A stretch of DNA of 64,000 nucleotides, from NCBI GenBank assembly GCA_965224245.1, contig OZ245046.1, positions 1,440,001 to 1,504,000 of the forward strand. The letters run 5' to 3'. Within the stretch, counting starts at the first letter, position 1, and each line of letters opens with the position of its first letter. The DNA comes from Candidatus Eiseniibacteriota bacterium (GTDB lineage: Bacteria > Eisenbacteria > RBG-16-71-46 > CAZAMP01). This document shows, piece by piece, positions 1 to 10,431 of the stretch. Below the pieces are notes generated by a model. That model did no database searches and was not told the origin of the DNA. It saw nothing but the letters and a program-made list of their open reading frames with translations. The translations under genes were made by a program, and so were the position numbers.

Positions 1-952
1 GCGGTGAGGACGCGTCGGCCAGCGTGACCTCCTCGCCTCCGATCTCGATCTCGACGGCGTCGAGAAAGACGATGCGGGCGATGGCGTAGTTGGCGCCGCC
101 GTTGATGGGGTCGGCGCACGAGGCGAGCCCGTGCGCGCGCATCTCGAACTCCATGCCGGCCGAGGCGCCGAACGTCTGGAACATCCCCGACGGGCTCTCG
201 GGCGTGAAGGTCGAGAACATCTTCGCCGAGCCGGGGGCCGTCCGCACGAAGCTGCCGTTGCCCTCCGCAAAGGCGTTGCCGAACGTGCTCCAGCCCGACA
301 GTCCCGAGTCGAAGCTCGCGTTGGCCAGGAGGTTTCCGGTCGGGGGCTCGGGCGCCGACAACTCGACCAGCGACACGTCGTCCACGAACACCGCTCCGGC
401 GTCGCATGCCGGCTGGAGGAACAGGAACAGGGCCTCGACACGGAGCGCGCCGCTCGGGGTCGGCGCCGAGACCGAGAACGCGTTCCACTGGTCGGGGACC
501 GTCTGCCAGTCTCCGATGACGATCTCGTTGGACGAGATCTCCGCGCCACCGGACACCGCGTCGAAGAACGCGATCTTGGCGATCAGCCGGTTCGACGCGC
601 ACGTGTCCGAGCCGGGAATCGGGTCTCCACTCTGGACGTAGGCGTATCCGCCGAACTCGTAGACCATGTCCGGCGCGGGCGTGAACGCCTGAAAGAAGCC
701 ACCGACGTCGAACTGCGGGAAGTCGGGGCAGTTCGTGAACTCACCGAAGATCTTGGCCGACTGAGCGCCGGTCCGGGCCTCGTCGCCGCTGATGTTCGGC
801 CCCGATCCGAACACGGTCCACCCGGTGAAGAGCGGCCGGTCCTCGAACCCTGGATTGTCCAGGAGATTGACGCCGGCGACGGCCTGTGACCCGATCGCGG
901 ACGCGACGAGGAGCGTCAGCGCCACACGGGCGGGCGTAACGGAACGCTTCAT
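1..952 (-). CDS. Secreted protein with tandem CBM4/9-like (galactose-binding-like) domains; 3' end runs off the window
   Basis: Absent from the ORF track because there is no stop in the window. Hand translation from ATG at 952 gives MKRSVTPARVALTLLVASAIGSQAVAGVNLLDNPGFED..., a signal peptide, then two repeats beginning NLLDNPGFE and NLLANASFD, the first ending VEALFLFLQ...GAVFVDDVSL. Clearly similar to the 1107-1739 product. Confidence 0.8.
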   Translation of the reverse strand, partial: MKRSVTPARVALTLLVASAIGSQAVAGVNLLDNPGFEDRPLFTGWTVFGSGPNISGDEARTGAQSAKIFGEFTNCPDFPQFDVGGFFQAFTPAPDMVYEFGGYAYVQSGDPIPGSDTCASNRLIAKIAFFDAVSGGAEISSNEIVIGDWQTVPDQWNAFSVSAPTPSGALRVEALFLFLQPACDAGAVFVDDVSLVELSAPEPPTGNLLANASFDSGLSGWSTFGNAFAEGNGSFVRTAPGSAKMFSTFTPESPSGMFQTFGASAGMEFEMRAHGLASCADPINGGANYAIARIVFLDAVEIEIGGEEVTLADASSP

Positions 953-1106
953 CCTTCACCTTCCCACGTTCGTTGAAAACGGTTTCGAGCGCGGCCGTCC
1001 GCGTGGCGACGGGGAGTCATGCATGGTGTGCGGCACCCGCAGGGTCCGATCACGATCGGTGAGGCGGCGCCGACTCGGGCGCGCGCCACCCCACCGGTCG
1101 GGGCTC

Positions 1107-1739
1107 CTACCTTCCGTACTGCGCCTTCAGCCGGCTCCAGGTCGCGGGCTGGACCGGCACGGCGCTCAGGTCGACCAGCTCCACGTCGTCGATCTGGACC
1201 GCGCCCGGGTCGAACCCGAGCTGCACGAACAGGATGAACGCCTCGACCTGCACGGTCCCCGCCGGGGCGACCCCGACGATCGGTGCGGCCGCATGCCACA
1301 TGTCCGTCGCGAAGCTCGGATCGAGGATCGTGGACTCGACGGCACCGATCTCCACGTCCGCCGCGTCCTTGAACACGATCTTCTGCACGACGAAATTGTC
1401 ACCGATCACGGCGTCGCCGCTCCAGTGCCGCGCGTTCGACGACATCTGCCACTCGGCACCCTCGGCGGTCGGGAACTCCTGGAACATGCCGCTGACCACC
1501 GAGCCGTCGAACGGACCGAAGAGCACTGCCAGCTGGTTGCCGCTGAGGGGCTCGAACTGGGGTGGGTTCGCGGCCTCGGTGAAGACGTTCGCGAACGTGA
1601 TCCAGTCCTGCACGCCGGGTCCGGGCGGTCCGTCTTCCATGCCCGGGTTGGCCAGCTCGTTCGCCGACGCGAGCGAGACCGTCGCGAACACGACGAGACT
1701 CGTGGTCGCGACCCGCTTCATGAAGGTTGGGAGATGCAT
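1107..1739 (-). CDS. Secreted single CBM4/9-like domain protein with C-terminal TWxxxKxxY tail
   Basis: Signal peptide (MKRVATTSLVVFATVSLASA; the true start may be this second Met), NELANPGME...GAVQIDDVEL jelly-roll signature, ends VPVQPATWSRLKAQYGR. Confidence 0.75.
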   Translation of the reverse strand: MHLPTFMKRVATTSLVVFATVSLASANELANPGMEDGPPGPGVQDWITFANVFTEAANPPQFEPLSGNQLAVLFGPFDGSVVSGMFQEFPTAEGAEWQMSSNARHWSGDAVIGDNFVVQKIVFKDAADVEIGAVESTILDPSFATDMWHAAAPIVGVAPAGTVQVEAFILFVQLGFDPGAVQIDDVELVDLSAVPVQPATWSRLKAQYGR

Positions 1740-1854
1740 CTTCCTCGGCGCCTTTCCTTGGATCGGTCAGCCGCCGGCGAGCCGGAGCTGACGAGACTCG
1801 CGTCCGCGCCACGACGACACGGGCGCTGGATTTCCGCTCTCGGCGAGCGGCGTG

Positions 1855-1926
1855 TTGACACGAACACCGTCATCCTACACTATGTTCGGTAGTCGAACAA
1901 AGTAATGTTCGCCAATCGAACGAAGT
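1855..1926 (+). promoter_or_regulatory. Sigma70-like promoter with two tandem ROK-type operator palindromes
   Basis: TTGACA at 1855-1860; ACTATGTTCG-N5-CGAACAAAGT at 1879-1903 and GTAATGTTCG-N5-CGAACGAAGT at 1902-1926; AT-rich patch between divergent genes. Confidence 0.75.
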
Positions 1927-1947
1927 CCCAAATCAGAGCGAGGCATC

Positions 1948-2961
1948 GTGCAAGCCGGTTCCCGCCCCGCCGAGCCCGTGGTCGACGTCCGAGGCCTCCG
2001 AAAGGCGTTCTCGTCTGCGGGATCGCTGACCCGATCGCGGCGCGTCGTGGCCGCCGAGGACGTGTCGTTCCGGATCCACCGGGGGGAGGCGGTCGCCCTG
2101 GTCGGGGAGTCCGGGAGCGGTAAGAGCACCATTGCCAAGCTCTTACTGCGTCTGGAGCGACCCGACGGCGGGGAGATCCGGATCGACGGGGCCGACGTGC
2201 TGAGCCGCGAACGACGGCGAGCGTCTGTCGGGTACCGGAGACGGGTCCAGATGGTGTTCCAGGACCCGTTCGGCTCGCTGAACCCGGTCCACGACGTCGC
2301 CCACCACCTGATCCGGCCCCTCCTCCGCCACCGCCGCGCCGCGCCGCCGGATGCACGCCGGCGGGCGGCCGATCTCTTGCGCACGGTCGGGCTGGAGCCC
2401 GCCGAGGACTATCTGGGCCGCCATCCGTACGAGCTCTCGGGCGGCCAGCGGCAGCGGGTCGCGATCGCACGCGCGCTCGCGGTGGAGCCGGACGTGCTCG
2501 TGGCCGACGAGCCCACGTCGATGCTGGACGTCTCGATCCGCATGGACATCTTGAACCTGCTCGCACGCCTCAAGCGAGATCGGGGACTCGCGATCCTGCT
2601 CATCACGCACGATCTGGCCTCGGCGCGCTTTCTCGCCGAGCGCGTCCTGGTGCTGTTTCAGGGACGGGTCGTCGAGAGCGGGTCGAGCGCCGACGTGGTC
2701 TCCACACCTCTTCACCCGTACACGCGGGCGCTCGTCGACGCGATCGCCGACGACCGGCCCCGGGACGCGCGGAGCCCACACGCCACCTTCGCCCTCGAGG
2801 CGCCCACGGGGTCCGGCTGCCCGTTCGCATCCCGATGCCCCGAGGTCTTCGACCCCTGCCTCACGAGCGATCCCGGCCCGACCGAGGTCGACGGACGTGA
2901 GGTGCGCTGTCACCTCCACCGGGACGCGCACCGTCCCGGCTCGACGGGAGTCCAGACGTGA
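1948..2961 (+). CDS. Oligopeptide/oligosaccharide ABC transporter ATP-binding subunit (OppF/DppF-like)
   Basis: GESGSGKS Walker A, LSGGQRQR signature, ADEPTS Walker B, HPYT and GCPFASRCP C-terminal motifs. Confidence 0.92.
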   Translation: MQAGSRPAEPVVDVRGLRKAFSSAGSLTRSRRVVAAEDVSFRIHRGEAVALVGESGSGKSTIAKLLLRLERPDGGEIRIDGADVLSRERRRASVGYRRRVQMVFQDPFGSLNPVHDVAHHLIRPLLRHRRAAPPDARRRAADLLRTVGLEPAEDYLGRHPYELSGGQRQRVAIARALAVEPDVLVADEPTSMLDVSIRMDILNLLARLKRDRGLAILLITHDLASARFLAERVLVLFQGRVVESGSSADVVSTPLHPYTRALVDAIADDRPRDARSPHATFALEAPTGSGCPFASRCPEVFDPCLTSDPGPTEVDGREVRCHLHRDAHRPGSTGVQT

Positions 2962-4349
2962 CGACCCGGCGGTTTCCCGAGGGCTTCGTCTGGGGCACGG
3001 CCACGTCGTCCCATCAGATCGAGGGCGCAATCCACGCGGCGGGACGCGGGGAGTCGATCTGGGATCGCTTCGCGTCGGTGCCGGGCAACATCGCGGACGG
3101 AAGCGACGCCAGCGTTGCCTGCGACCACTACCATCGCTGGCGCGAGGACGTCCGCCTCCTCGCCGAGCTCGGCGTCGACGCCTATCGGTTCTCGATCGCG
3201 TGGCCCCGCATCCTGCCGACCGGGTGGGGGCCGCTCAACGTGCGCGGGCTGGACTTCTACGACGCGCTGGTGGATGCGCTCGTCGAGGCGAACATCCGAC
3301 CGTTCGTGACCCTGTACCACTGGGATCTCCCGCAGTCCCTGGAGGATCGCGGCGGGTGGACCTCGCGCGACACGGCGGAGGCGTTCGTCGAGTATGCCGC
3401 GGTCGTGACGGCACGACTCGGGGATCGCGTGCGAGACTGGGCCACGCACAACGAGCCCTGGTGCATCGCCGCGCTCGGGTACGGGAGCGGTCAGCACGCG
3501 CCCGGGCATCGAGACCCGTTCGAGGCCCTGATCGCCGCGCACCACGTGCTTCTGTCGCATGGATGGGCGGTGCCCGAGATCCGCCTGGCGTCGCCGGAGG
3601 CGGCGGTCGGCATCGTGCTCAGCCTGTCGCCCGCGAGCGCCCGCACCGATTCCGACGCCGATCGGGATGCGGCCCGACATTTCGACGGAGCATTCAACCG
3701 CTGGTACCTGGATCCGGTCTTCCGCGGACGGTATCCACGGGACGTGATCGCCGATCACGTCCGCGCCGGTCATCTCGATGCGCCGGCGCTCCCGTTCGTG
3801 CGCGACGGCGATCTCGGGGCGATCGCGACCCCGATCGACTTCCTCGGCGTCAACTACTACACGCGGACCGTTCTCGAGGCCGGCCGGAACGGAGCGCCCG
3901 CCGCGGTACGCATGGCTCCCCAGGACGAGCTGACGGACATGGGCTGGGAGGTGCATCCGGATGGGCTCCGTGAGATCCTCGTCCGCATCACCCACGACTA
4001 CGGGCCGGCCGAGATCCACGTGACCGAGAACGGCGCCGCCTACGCCGACGGTCCGGACGATTCCGGTCGGATCGCCGACGCGCGCCGGATCTCGTTCATG
4101 CAGTCTCACCTGGCCGCGGCGCATCGCGCGATCGGCGAGGGCGTTCCGCTCCGGGGCTACTTCGCGTGGTCGCTGCTCGACAACTTCGAGTGGGGGCACG
4201 GCTACGCCAAGCGCTTCGGTCTCCACTGGGTCGACTACGCGACGCAGCGGCGACTTCCCAAGGATAGCGCGTTGTGGTATCGCGACGTCATCGCCGCCAA
4301 CGCGGTGGACGACGCCGTGACGGAGACCATTCGAGGAGGCTCGACGTGA
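2958..4349 (+). CDS. GH1 beta-glucosidase
   Basis: FPEGFVWGTATSSHQIEG, TLYHWDLP, THNEP (acid/base), VTENG (nucleophile), WSLLDNFEW. Confidence 0.95.
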   Translation: MTTRRFPEGFVWGTATSSHQIEGAIHAAGRGESIWDRFASVPGNIADGSDASVACDHYHRWREDVRLLAELGVDAYRFSIAWPRILPTGWGPLNVRGLDFYDALVDALVEANIRPFVTLYHWDLPQSLEDRGGWTSRDTAEAFVEYAAVVTARLGDRVRDWATHNEPWCIAALGYGSGQHAPGHRDPFEALIAAHHVLLSHGWAVPEIRLASPEAAVGIVLSLSPASARTDSDADRDAARHFDGAFNRWYLDPVFRGRYPRDVIADHVRAGHLDAPALPFVRDGDLGAIATPIDFLGVNYYTRTVLEAGRNGAPAAVRMAPQDELTDMGWEVHPDGLREILVRITHDYGPAEIHVTENGAAYADGPDDSGRIADARRISFMQSHLAAAHRAIGEGVPLRGYFAWSLLDNFEWGHGYAKRFGLHWVDYATQRRLPKDSALWYRDVIAANAVDDAVTETIRGGST

Positions 4350-7300
4350 GCGCGTTCGGACAGGACCTCTCGTGGCCGGTGCTGGCGCGTCGCGCCGGCG
4401 TCGCGCTCGTGATCGTCGCGGCCACGACGGCGGGAACGTTCGCCGCGGAGCGTGCGCCGATGCCCGAGATTTCCATCTCGTCCGGTGACGCGGGCGAGAT
4501 GCTGATCGTGGACGGGCGGCCGTTCATGGTCTTCGGAATGAACTGGGACTACGTCCCCATCGGGCAGAACTACGCCTACAGCCTGTGGAACGAGCCCGAC
4601 GACGTGATCGAGGCCGCGCTCGCGAGAGAGATGCCGCTCCTGGTCGACATGGGCGTCAACGCGATCCGGCAGTACGCGGGGGTCCCGCCCCGATGGGTGC
4701 AGTACATCTACGAGCGCTACGGCATCTTCACGGTGCTCAACCACACCGTGGCCCGCTACGGCTTCACGCTGGACGGGGTGTGGGTGCCGGCCGTCGACTA
4801 CTCGGATCCGCGTCTTCGTGACGCGGTGACCACGGAGGTCGTGGATCTCGTCGAGGCGTTCCGCGACACGCCGGGCGTCTTGATGTGGCTCCTCGGGAAC
4901 GAGAACAACTACGGCCTCTCCTGGACCTCGTTCGAGATCGAGGCCTTGCCCGAGGGTGAGCGCGATGCCGCCCGCGCTCGCCATCTCTACAGCTTGTTCG
5001 AGGAGATCACGCGCGCCATCAAGGCGCGGGACACGGCGCGACCGGTCGCGATCGCGAACGGTGACGTCCAGTACATCGAACTCATCGCCGAGGAGTGCCC
5101 GTCGCTGGACGTCTTCGGCACCAACGTGTATCGGGGGATCTCCAGCCGGGATCTGTTTCAGGTCGTGCACGACCGGCTCGGGCTGCCGGTGCTGTACACC
5201 GAGTTCGGAGCGGACGCGTTCGACGCCAAGCGGATGCGCGAGGATCAGATCATGCAGGCTCGCTATCTGATCGGTCAGTGGAAGGAGATCTACGAGCAGT
5301 CGCGCGGGAAGGGGCGCGTCGGCAACGCGATCGGAGGGCTCGTCTTCCAGTGGAGCGACGGATGGTGGAAGTTCCGGCAGGAGGAGCGGCTGGACGTCCA
5401 CGACACGAACGCGTCCTGGCCCAACGGGGGCTACGTGGAGGACTACGTCGAGGGCGACAACAACATGAACGAGGAGTGGTGGGGGATCACCGCCAAGGGA
5501 AGGCCGGACGCGAGCGGTCTGTACCCGGTCTACCCGCGTGCGGCCTACTACGCCCTTCAGCGGTGCTTCCGTCTCGAGCCCTACGCCCCGTCGACCACGC
5601 TCCAGCGGATCTCCGACCACTTTGACGCCATCACGCCGGCATCGGCCGAGCTGGAGGCCCGGGGGAGTCGCGCGACGCTCCTGGCCACGACCACGAGCCG
5701 GCTTCGCGTCAGCGAGCTCCGGCTCGAGCTCGAGACGTTCAGCACCGGGGGGACGCGCGTCAGCACGCCGGAGAGCGAGGAGGAACCGGCCACGTTTCCC
5801 GCGTTTCAGGGCTTCGATCAGCTCCAGTCGTTCTACGCCGGACTCGAGGCGCAGCCCGCCCCCAACGTTCTGGGCCGGCTCACGATCAACGTGCTGGGCG
5901 ACGTTCCCACCAACCCGATCGACGAGATCTTCTACGAGAACCGCGGGCGCAGGCGCACGCTGGAGTCGGACGACACGACGTTCGACCTGGAGGGAATCGA
6001 GCGGGTGAAGGTCTACGACGCAGCGGTGTCGTGGGACGAGCGGATGTTCCAGCTGGAGGGCTTCTACCGGTCGGGACATTACCACTGGGGATACGAAGGT
6101 GACCTCTTCGGCCTGTACCGCGAGGCGTACTACGGCGAGAACATCGACATCTACAACGGCGAGGCGCCGGTCGGCGTGGTGATCGCCGGCAAGCGCTCGA
6201 TGTCGGGGCTGACGCTCGCGTTCGGTCAGGAGCTCTGGTGGGGGGCGAACCCCGCGATCCTGGTGAAGGCGCGGCGTCAGCTCGGCGACGTGGACGTGAC
6301 CGCGATGTTCCACGAGGACCTGGCGGAGCAGTCCGGGGCCAGGACCTCCAGCGCGGTGCCGCTGCCCGAGACGCGCAAGGCGACCCTCCAGCTCGCCACG
6401 TCGTACCGCGGGCTCGGGATCGAGGTCGGTGGGATCTGGTCGGGTGACACGAAGGTCGGTGACACGTTTCAGATCGCCGACGAGCTTCCGGACGGGGGTT
6501 ACCGGATCCTGCAGGACGAGATCTACGACGAGGACACGATCGGGGGAAAGGCGAGACTCACCTACCAGCGCGGCCGCTGGAACTGGTATGCGCAGGCCGC
6601 CTACATGGGACTCGTGGCCGACGGCGGTCCGACCCAGACCGTGACGTATACGGGGTGGTCGCTGAAGGACACGGGGTCGGGCAACCAGAAGAACGTCGTC
6701 ACCGGGCTCGCCGTCAACCTGGGTCGGTTTCAGGTGTCTCCCAACTTCCTCTACCAGACGCCGATCGTGGGGCCGATCCCCGGCGACGTTCCGTCCCCGG
6801 GACTGCCGCGCAACGTGCTCGACGATCCGTTCGCGGTGCGCGCGAACCGGGAGACGGTCGGCTCGGAGCTCATGATCACCTACGATCCCACGCCGGCGAC
6901 CTGGATGTGGCAGTGGGACGCCGTCGCGCGCGAAGACGCGCGTCTGGCGGCCAGCCTGGGCTTCGTTCATCGCCACCTGCCGACCACGCAGGATGCGGCC
7001 ATCGGCGTTCTGGAGGATGGGTCGACGACGTTCGCGTTCTCGGGGGCGCCGCCGGCCCGGGACCTCTGGGAGATCCGAGCGCGCATCATCTCGCGGCTGG
7101 GGGCGGGCACGCGCCTCGTGGCGAACCTCTTCGGCGGGCGCGGCGAGCCCAACGGCGACGACGATCGTGTCGTGGAACGGGTCGGCGGTGATGCGCGTCT
7201 CGCGGTGGGATCGGTGGCCGTGGAGGTGGCGGCGGCGTTCGACGACTGGGGGCCGTACGACTACCACCGTGACTTCAACCTGACGTTTCCGGTCCAGCTC

Positions 7301-7522
7301 CGCGGAGATGTCTCGTACAGCCTGGGACGCCAGCGCTGGCTCGGAGATCCCCAGACCCGGTTCGGGGTGCGGGGCACGTGGCGGTCCCTCGATCGATACT
7401 CGCCGCGGTACTGCCCGGTCGAGATCCTGAATGCCGACGGCACCGTGGACTGCGATCCGCTCGGACCGGGCGAGCACGGCAACGAGTGGGAGATCCGGAC
7501 CTACGTCCACTTCGCGATGTAG
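4346..7522 (+). CDS. Clan GH-A (GH2-TIM/GH158-like) glycoside hydrolase fused to a probable C-terminal outer-membrane beta-barrel
   Basis: GTG start overlaps the GH1 stop; signal peptide; MWLLGNENNY and LYTEFGAD catalytic motifs; C-terminal ~600 aa with alternating amphipathic strands, ending EWEIRTYVHFAM. Confidence 0.75.
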   Translation: MSAFGQDLSWPVLARRAGVALVIVAATTAGTFAAERAPMPEISISSGDAGEMLIVDGRPFMVFGMNWDYVPIGQNYAYSLWNEPDDVIEAALAREMPLLVDMGVNAIRQYAGVPPRWVQYIYERYGIFTVLNHTVARYGFTLDGVWVPAVDYSDPRLRDAVTTEVVDLVEAFRDTPGVLMWLLGNENNYGLSWTSFEIEALPEGERDAARARHLYSLFEEITRAIKARDTARPVAIANGDVQYIELIAEECPSLDVFGTNVYRGISSRDLFQVVHDRLGLPVLYTEFGADAFDAKRMREDQIMQARYLIGQWKEIYEQSRGKGRVGNAIGGLVFQWSDGWWKFRQEERLDVHDTNASWPNGGYVEDYVEGDNNMNEEWWGITAKGRPDASGLYPVYPRAAYYALQRCFRLEPYAPSTTLQRISDHFDAITPASAELEARGSRATLLATTTSRLRVSELRLELETFSTGGTRVSTPESEEEPATFPAFQGFDQLQSFYAGLEAQPAPNVLGRLTINVLGDVPTNPIDEIFYENRGRRRTLESDDTTFDLEGIERVKVYDAAVSWDERMFQLEGFYRSGHYHWGYEGDLFGLYREAYYGENIDIYNGEAPVGVVIAGKRSMSGLTLAFGQELWWGANPAILVKARRQLGDVDVTAMFHEDLAEQSGARTSSAVPLPETRKATLQLATSYRGLGIEVGGIWSGDTKVGDTFQIADELPDGGYRILQDEIYDEDTIGGKARLTYQRGRWNWYAQAAYMGLVADGGPTQTVTYTGWSLKDTGSGNQKNVVTGLAVNLGRFQVSPNFLYQTPIVGPIPGDVPSPGLPRNVLDDPFAVRANRETVGSELMITYDPTPATWMWQWDAVAREDARLAASLGFVHRHLPTTQDAAIGVLEDGSTTFAFSGAPPARDLWEIRARIISRLGAGTRLVANLFGGRGEPNGDDDRVVERVGGDARLAVGSVAVEVAAAFDDWGPYDYHRDFNLTFPVQLRGDVSYSLGRQRWLGDPQTRFGVRGTWRSLDRYSPRYCPVEILNADGTVDCDPLGPGEHGNEWEIRTYVHFAM

Positions 7523-7530
7523 CTCGGCGC

Positions 7531-8485
<955 letters not shown>

Positions 8486-8508
<23 letters not shown>

Positions 8509-9442
8509 GGGCGGTCCCGGTCACCACGGGCGTCGATCGGGTGGGTCGAGTGTCGGTGGCCTCGAGATGCCGGCGCCACGCCCGCTCCAGCTGGAGCCGC
8601 GGGTTCGTGATCTCGTCGAAGCCGGAGTTCAGCATCGTCAGCGCGAAGCCCACCAGTGCCACGCACAGGCCGGTCGGCGCGAACGTCCACCAGGCGCCGG
8701 TCAGGAGCGCCGAGTCGTTCTGTGCCCAGTACAGATTGGTTCCCCACGTGAAGGCCGAGACGTCACCGAGCCCGAGGTACTCCAGCCCGACCTGTGCCCC
8801 GATCGCATACACCGTGCTTCCGATGACCTGGGAGACCAGGAGCGACGTCATCGTGGGCAGGATCTCCCGGGTGACGATGCGCAGGCTGGACTCTCCCGCC
8901 ACGACGGCGGCACGCACGTAGTCGCGCTCTCTCTGGGAGAGCGTCTGCGCGCGGAGGACCCGTGCGTTCCACGCCCACCCCGTCACGACGAGAACGAGCC
9001 CCAGCGTGAGCGGACCCGACGGCAGGTAGGCGGCGATGACGATCGCCAGCGGGAGCCCCGGAATCACCAGGAACACGTTGAAGAGGAGCGAGAGCGCGCC
9101 GTCGATCCGGCCGCCGACGTACCCGGCGGTGACCCCGACCAGCGAGCCGACGAGCACGACGACGAGGCCCACGGAGAACCCCAGGACGAGGGAGACGCGC
9201 GTCCCGACGACGAGCTGGGCGAGGACGTCCTGGCCCTGGCCCGTGGTGCCGAGCCAGTGCTCGGTCGACGGTGGCTGTAGCGGGACGCCGACCAGCGCGT
9301 CGGGATCGCCGACCAGGAACGGTCCGAACACCGCGACGAGCACGAAGACGGCCAGGATCACGGCTCCCGCGGCGGCCTTGCGATCCGTGCGGATCGCTCG
9401 TGCCCAGGACAGGAGACCGGTGGGGTTCCGGGAGGCGCTCAT
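8486..9442 (-). CDS. ABC transporter permease (OppC/DppC-like)
   Basis: Start at MSASRNP overlaps the upstream stop; PPSTEHWLGTTGQGQDV and ERDYVRAAVVAG (EAA loop); multiple TM helices. Confidence 0.9.
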
Positions 9443-10422
9443 GAGCCGCCGCCTCTCGTGCGGGGATCGAGCCAGAGATACACGAGATCCACGAGCCAGT
9501 TCGCGCCGAGCACCGCGAACGTGATCAGCAGGAAGATGCCCTGCATCAGTGGGTAGTCCTGACTCCGGACCGCCTGGACCAGGAGGTAGCCCTGTCCCGG
9601 ATACGAGAACACGATCTCGGTCAGGAGCGACCCGCCGAGCACGAACCCGAGCGCCATGCCGAAGCCCGTGACGCTGGGCAGGAGCGCGTTCCGCGCGGCG
9701 TACCGGACGACGACGCGCGTCGGCGACAGGCCCTTGGCCCACGCGAGGCTCACGTAGTCCGAGCCGAGCACCGAGATCATGTTGTTGCGCATCGACAGGA
9801 GCCAGCCACCCAGCGTGGCCAGGACCACGGTGCCGACCGGGAGGGCCGCGTGGCGGGCGACGTCCATCGCGAAGGCGAGCGAGACACGGGGGGTTTCGTC
9901 GCTCCCGTAGGCGTGCCCGAGGGGAAACCAGCCGAGCACGAAGCCCAGCAGGTACAAGGCGACCATGGCCAGCCAGAAATACGGGAACGCGCCGATGAAC
10001 ACCAGGGTGGATGGCAGCCACGTGTCCACCCATCCCCGCCGCCACCATGCGGCGACGATGCCGAGGGCGGTCCCCACGGCGAAGCTGATCACGACCGACG
10101 TGCCGGCCAGGAAGATCGTCCATGCGAGCCCGGTCCCGATGACGTCGGAGACGGGTGATGGGAAGTACGCGACCGAGATTCCGAGATCGCCGGCCAGGAC
10201 GTGGCGAACGTACGTCACGTACTGGCTCCACAGCGGCGCCTCGGTGAGACCGAACGTCTCTCGAAGTGCGTCCAGCGCTTCGGGTCCCAGTCGACCCTTG
10301 AAGCGGGCGAAGAGAGCGGTCGCCGGATCGCCCGGCATCAGCCGCGGCAAGAAGAAGTTGATCGTCAGCGCGACCCAGCCCGCGATCAGGTAGAAGCCCA
10401 GCCGCCCCGCGATGTAACGCAC
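9439..10422 (-). CDS. ABC transporter permease (OppB/DppB-like)
   Basis: FFLPRLMPGDP, DYVSLAWAKGL, RNALLP, TEIVFSYPG, DYPLMQG, LDPR. Confidence 0.92.
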   Translation of the reverse strand: MRYIAGRLGFYLIAGWVALTINFFLPRLMPGDPATALFARFKGRLGPEALDALRETFGLTEAPLWSQYVTYVRHVLAGDLGISVAYFPSPVSDVIGTGLAWTIFLAGTSVVISFAVGTALGIVAAWWRRGWVDTWLPSTLVFIGAFPYFWLAMVALYLLGFVLGWFPLGHAYGSDETPRVSLAFAMDVARHAALPVGTVVLATLGGWLLSMRNNMISVLGSDYVSLAWAKGLSPTRVVVRYAARNALLPSVTGFGMALGFVLGGSLLTEIVFSYPGQGYLLVQAVRSQDYPLMQGIFLLITFAVLGANWLVDLVYLWLDPRTRGGGS

Positions 10423-10431
10423 CCTCGACTC

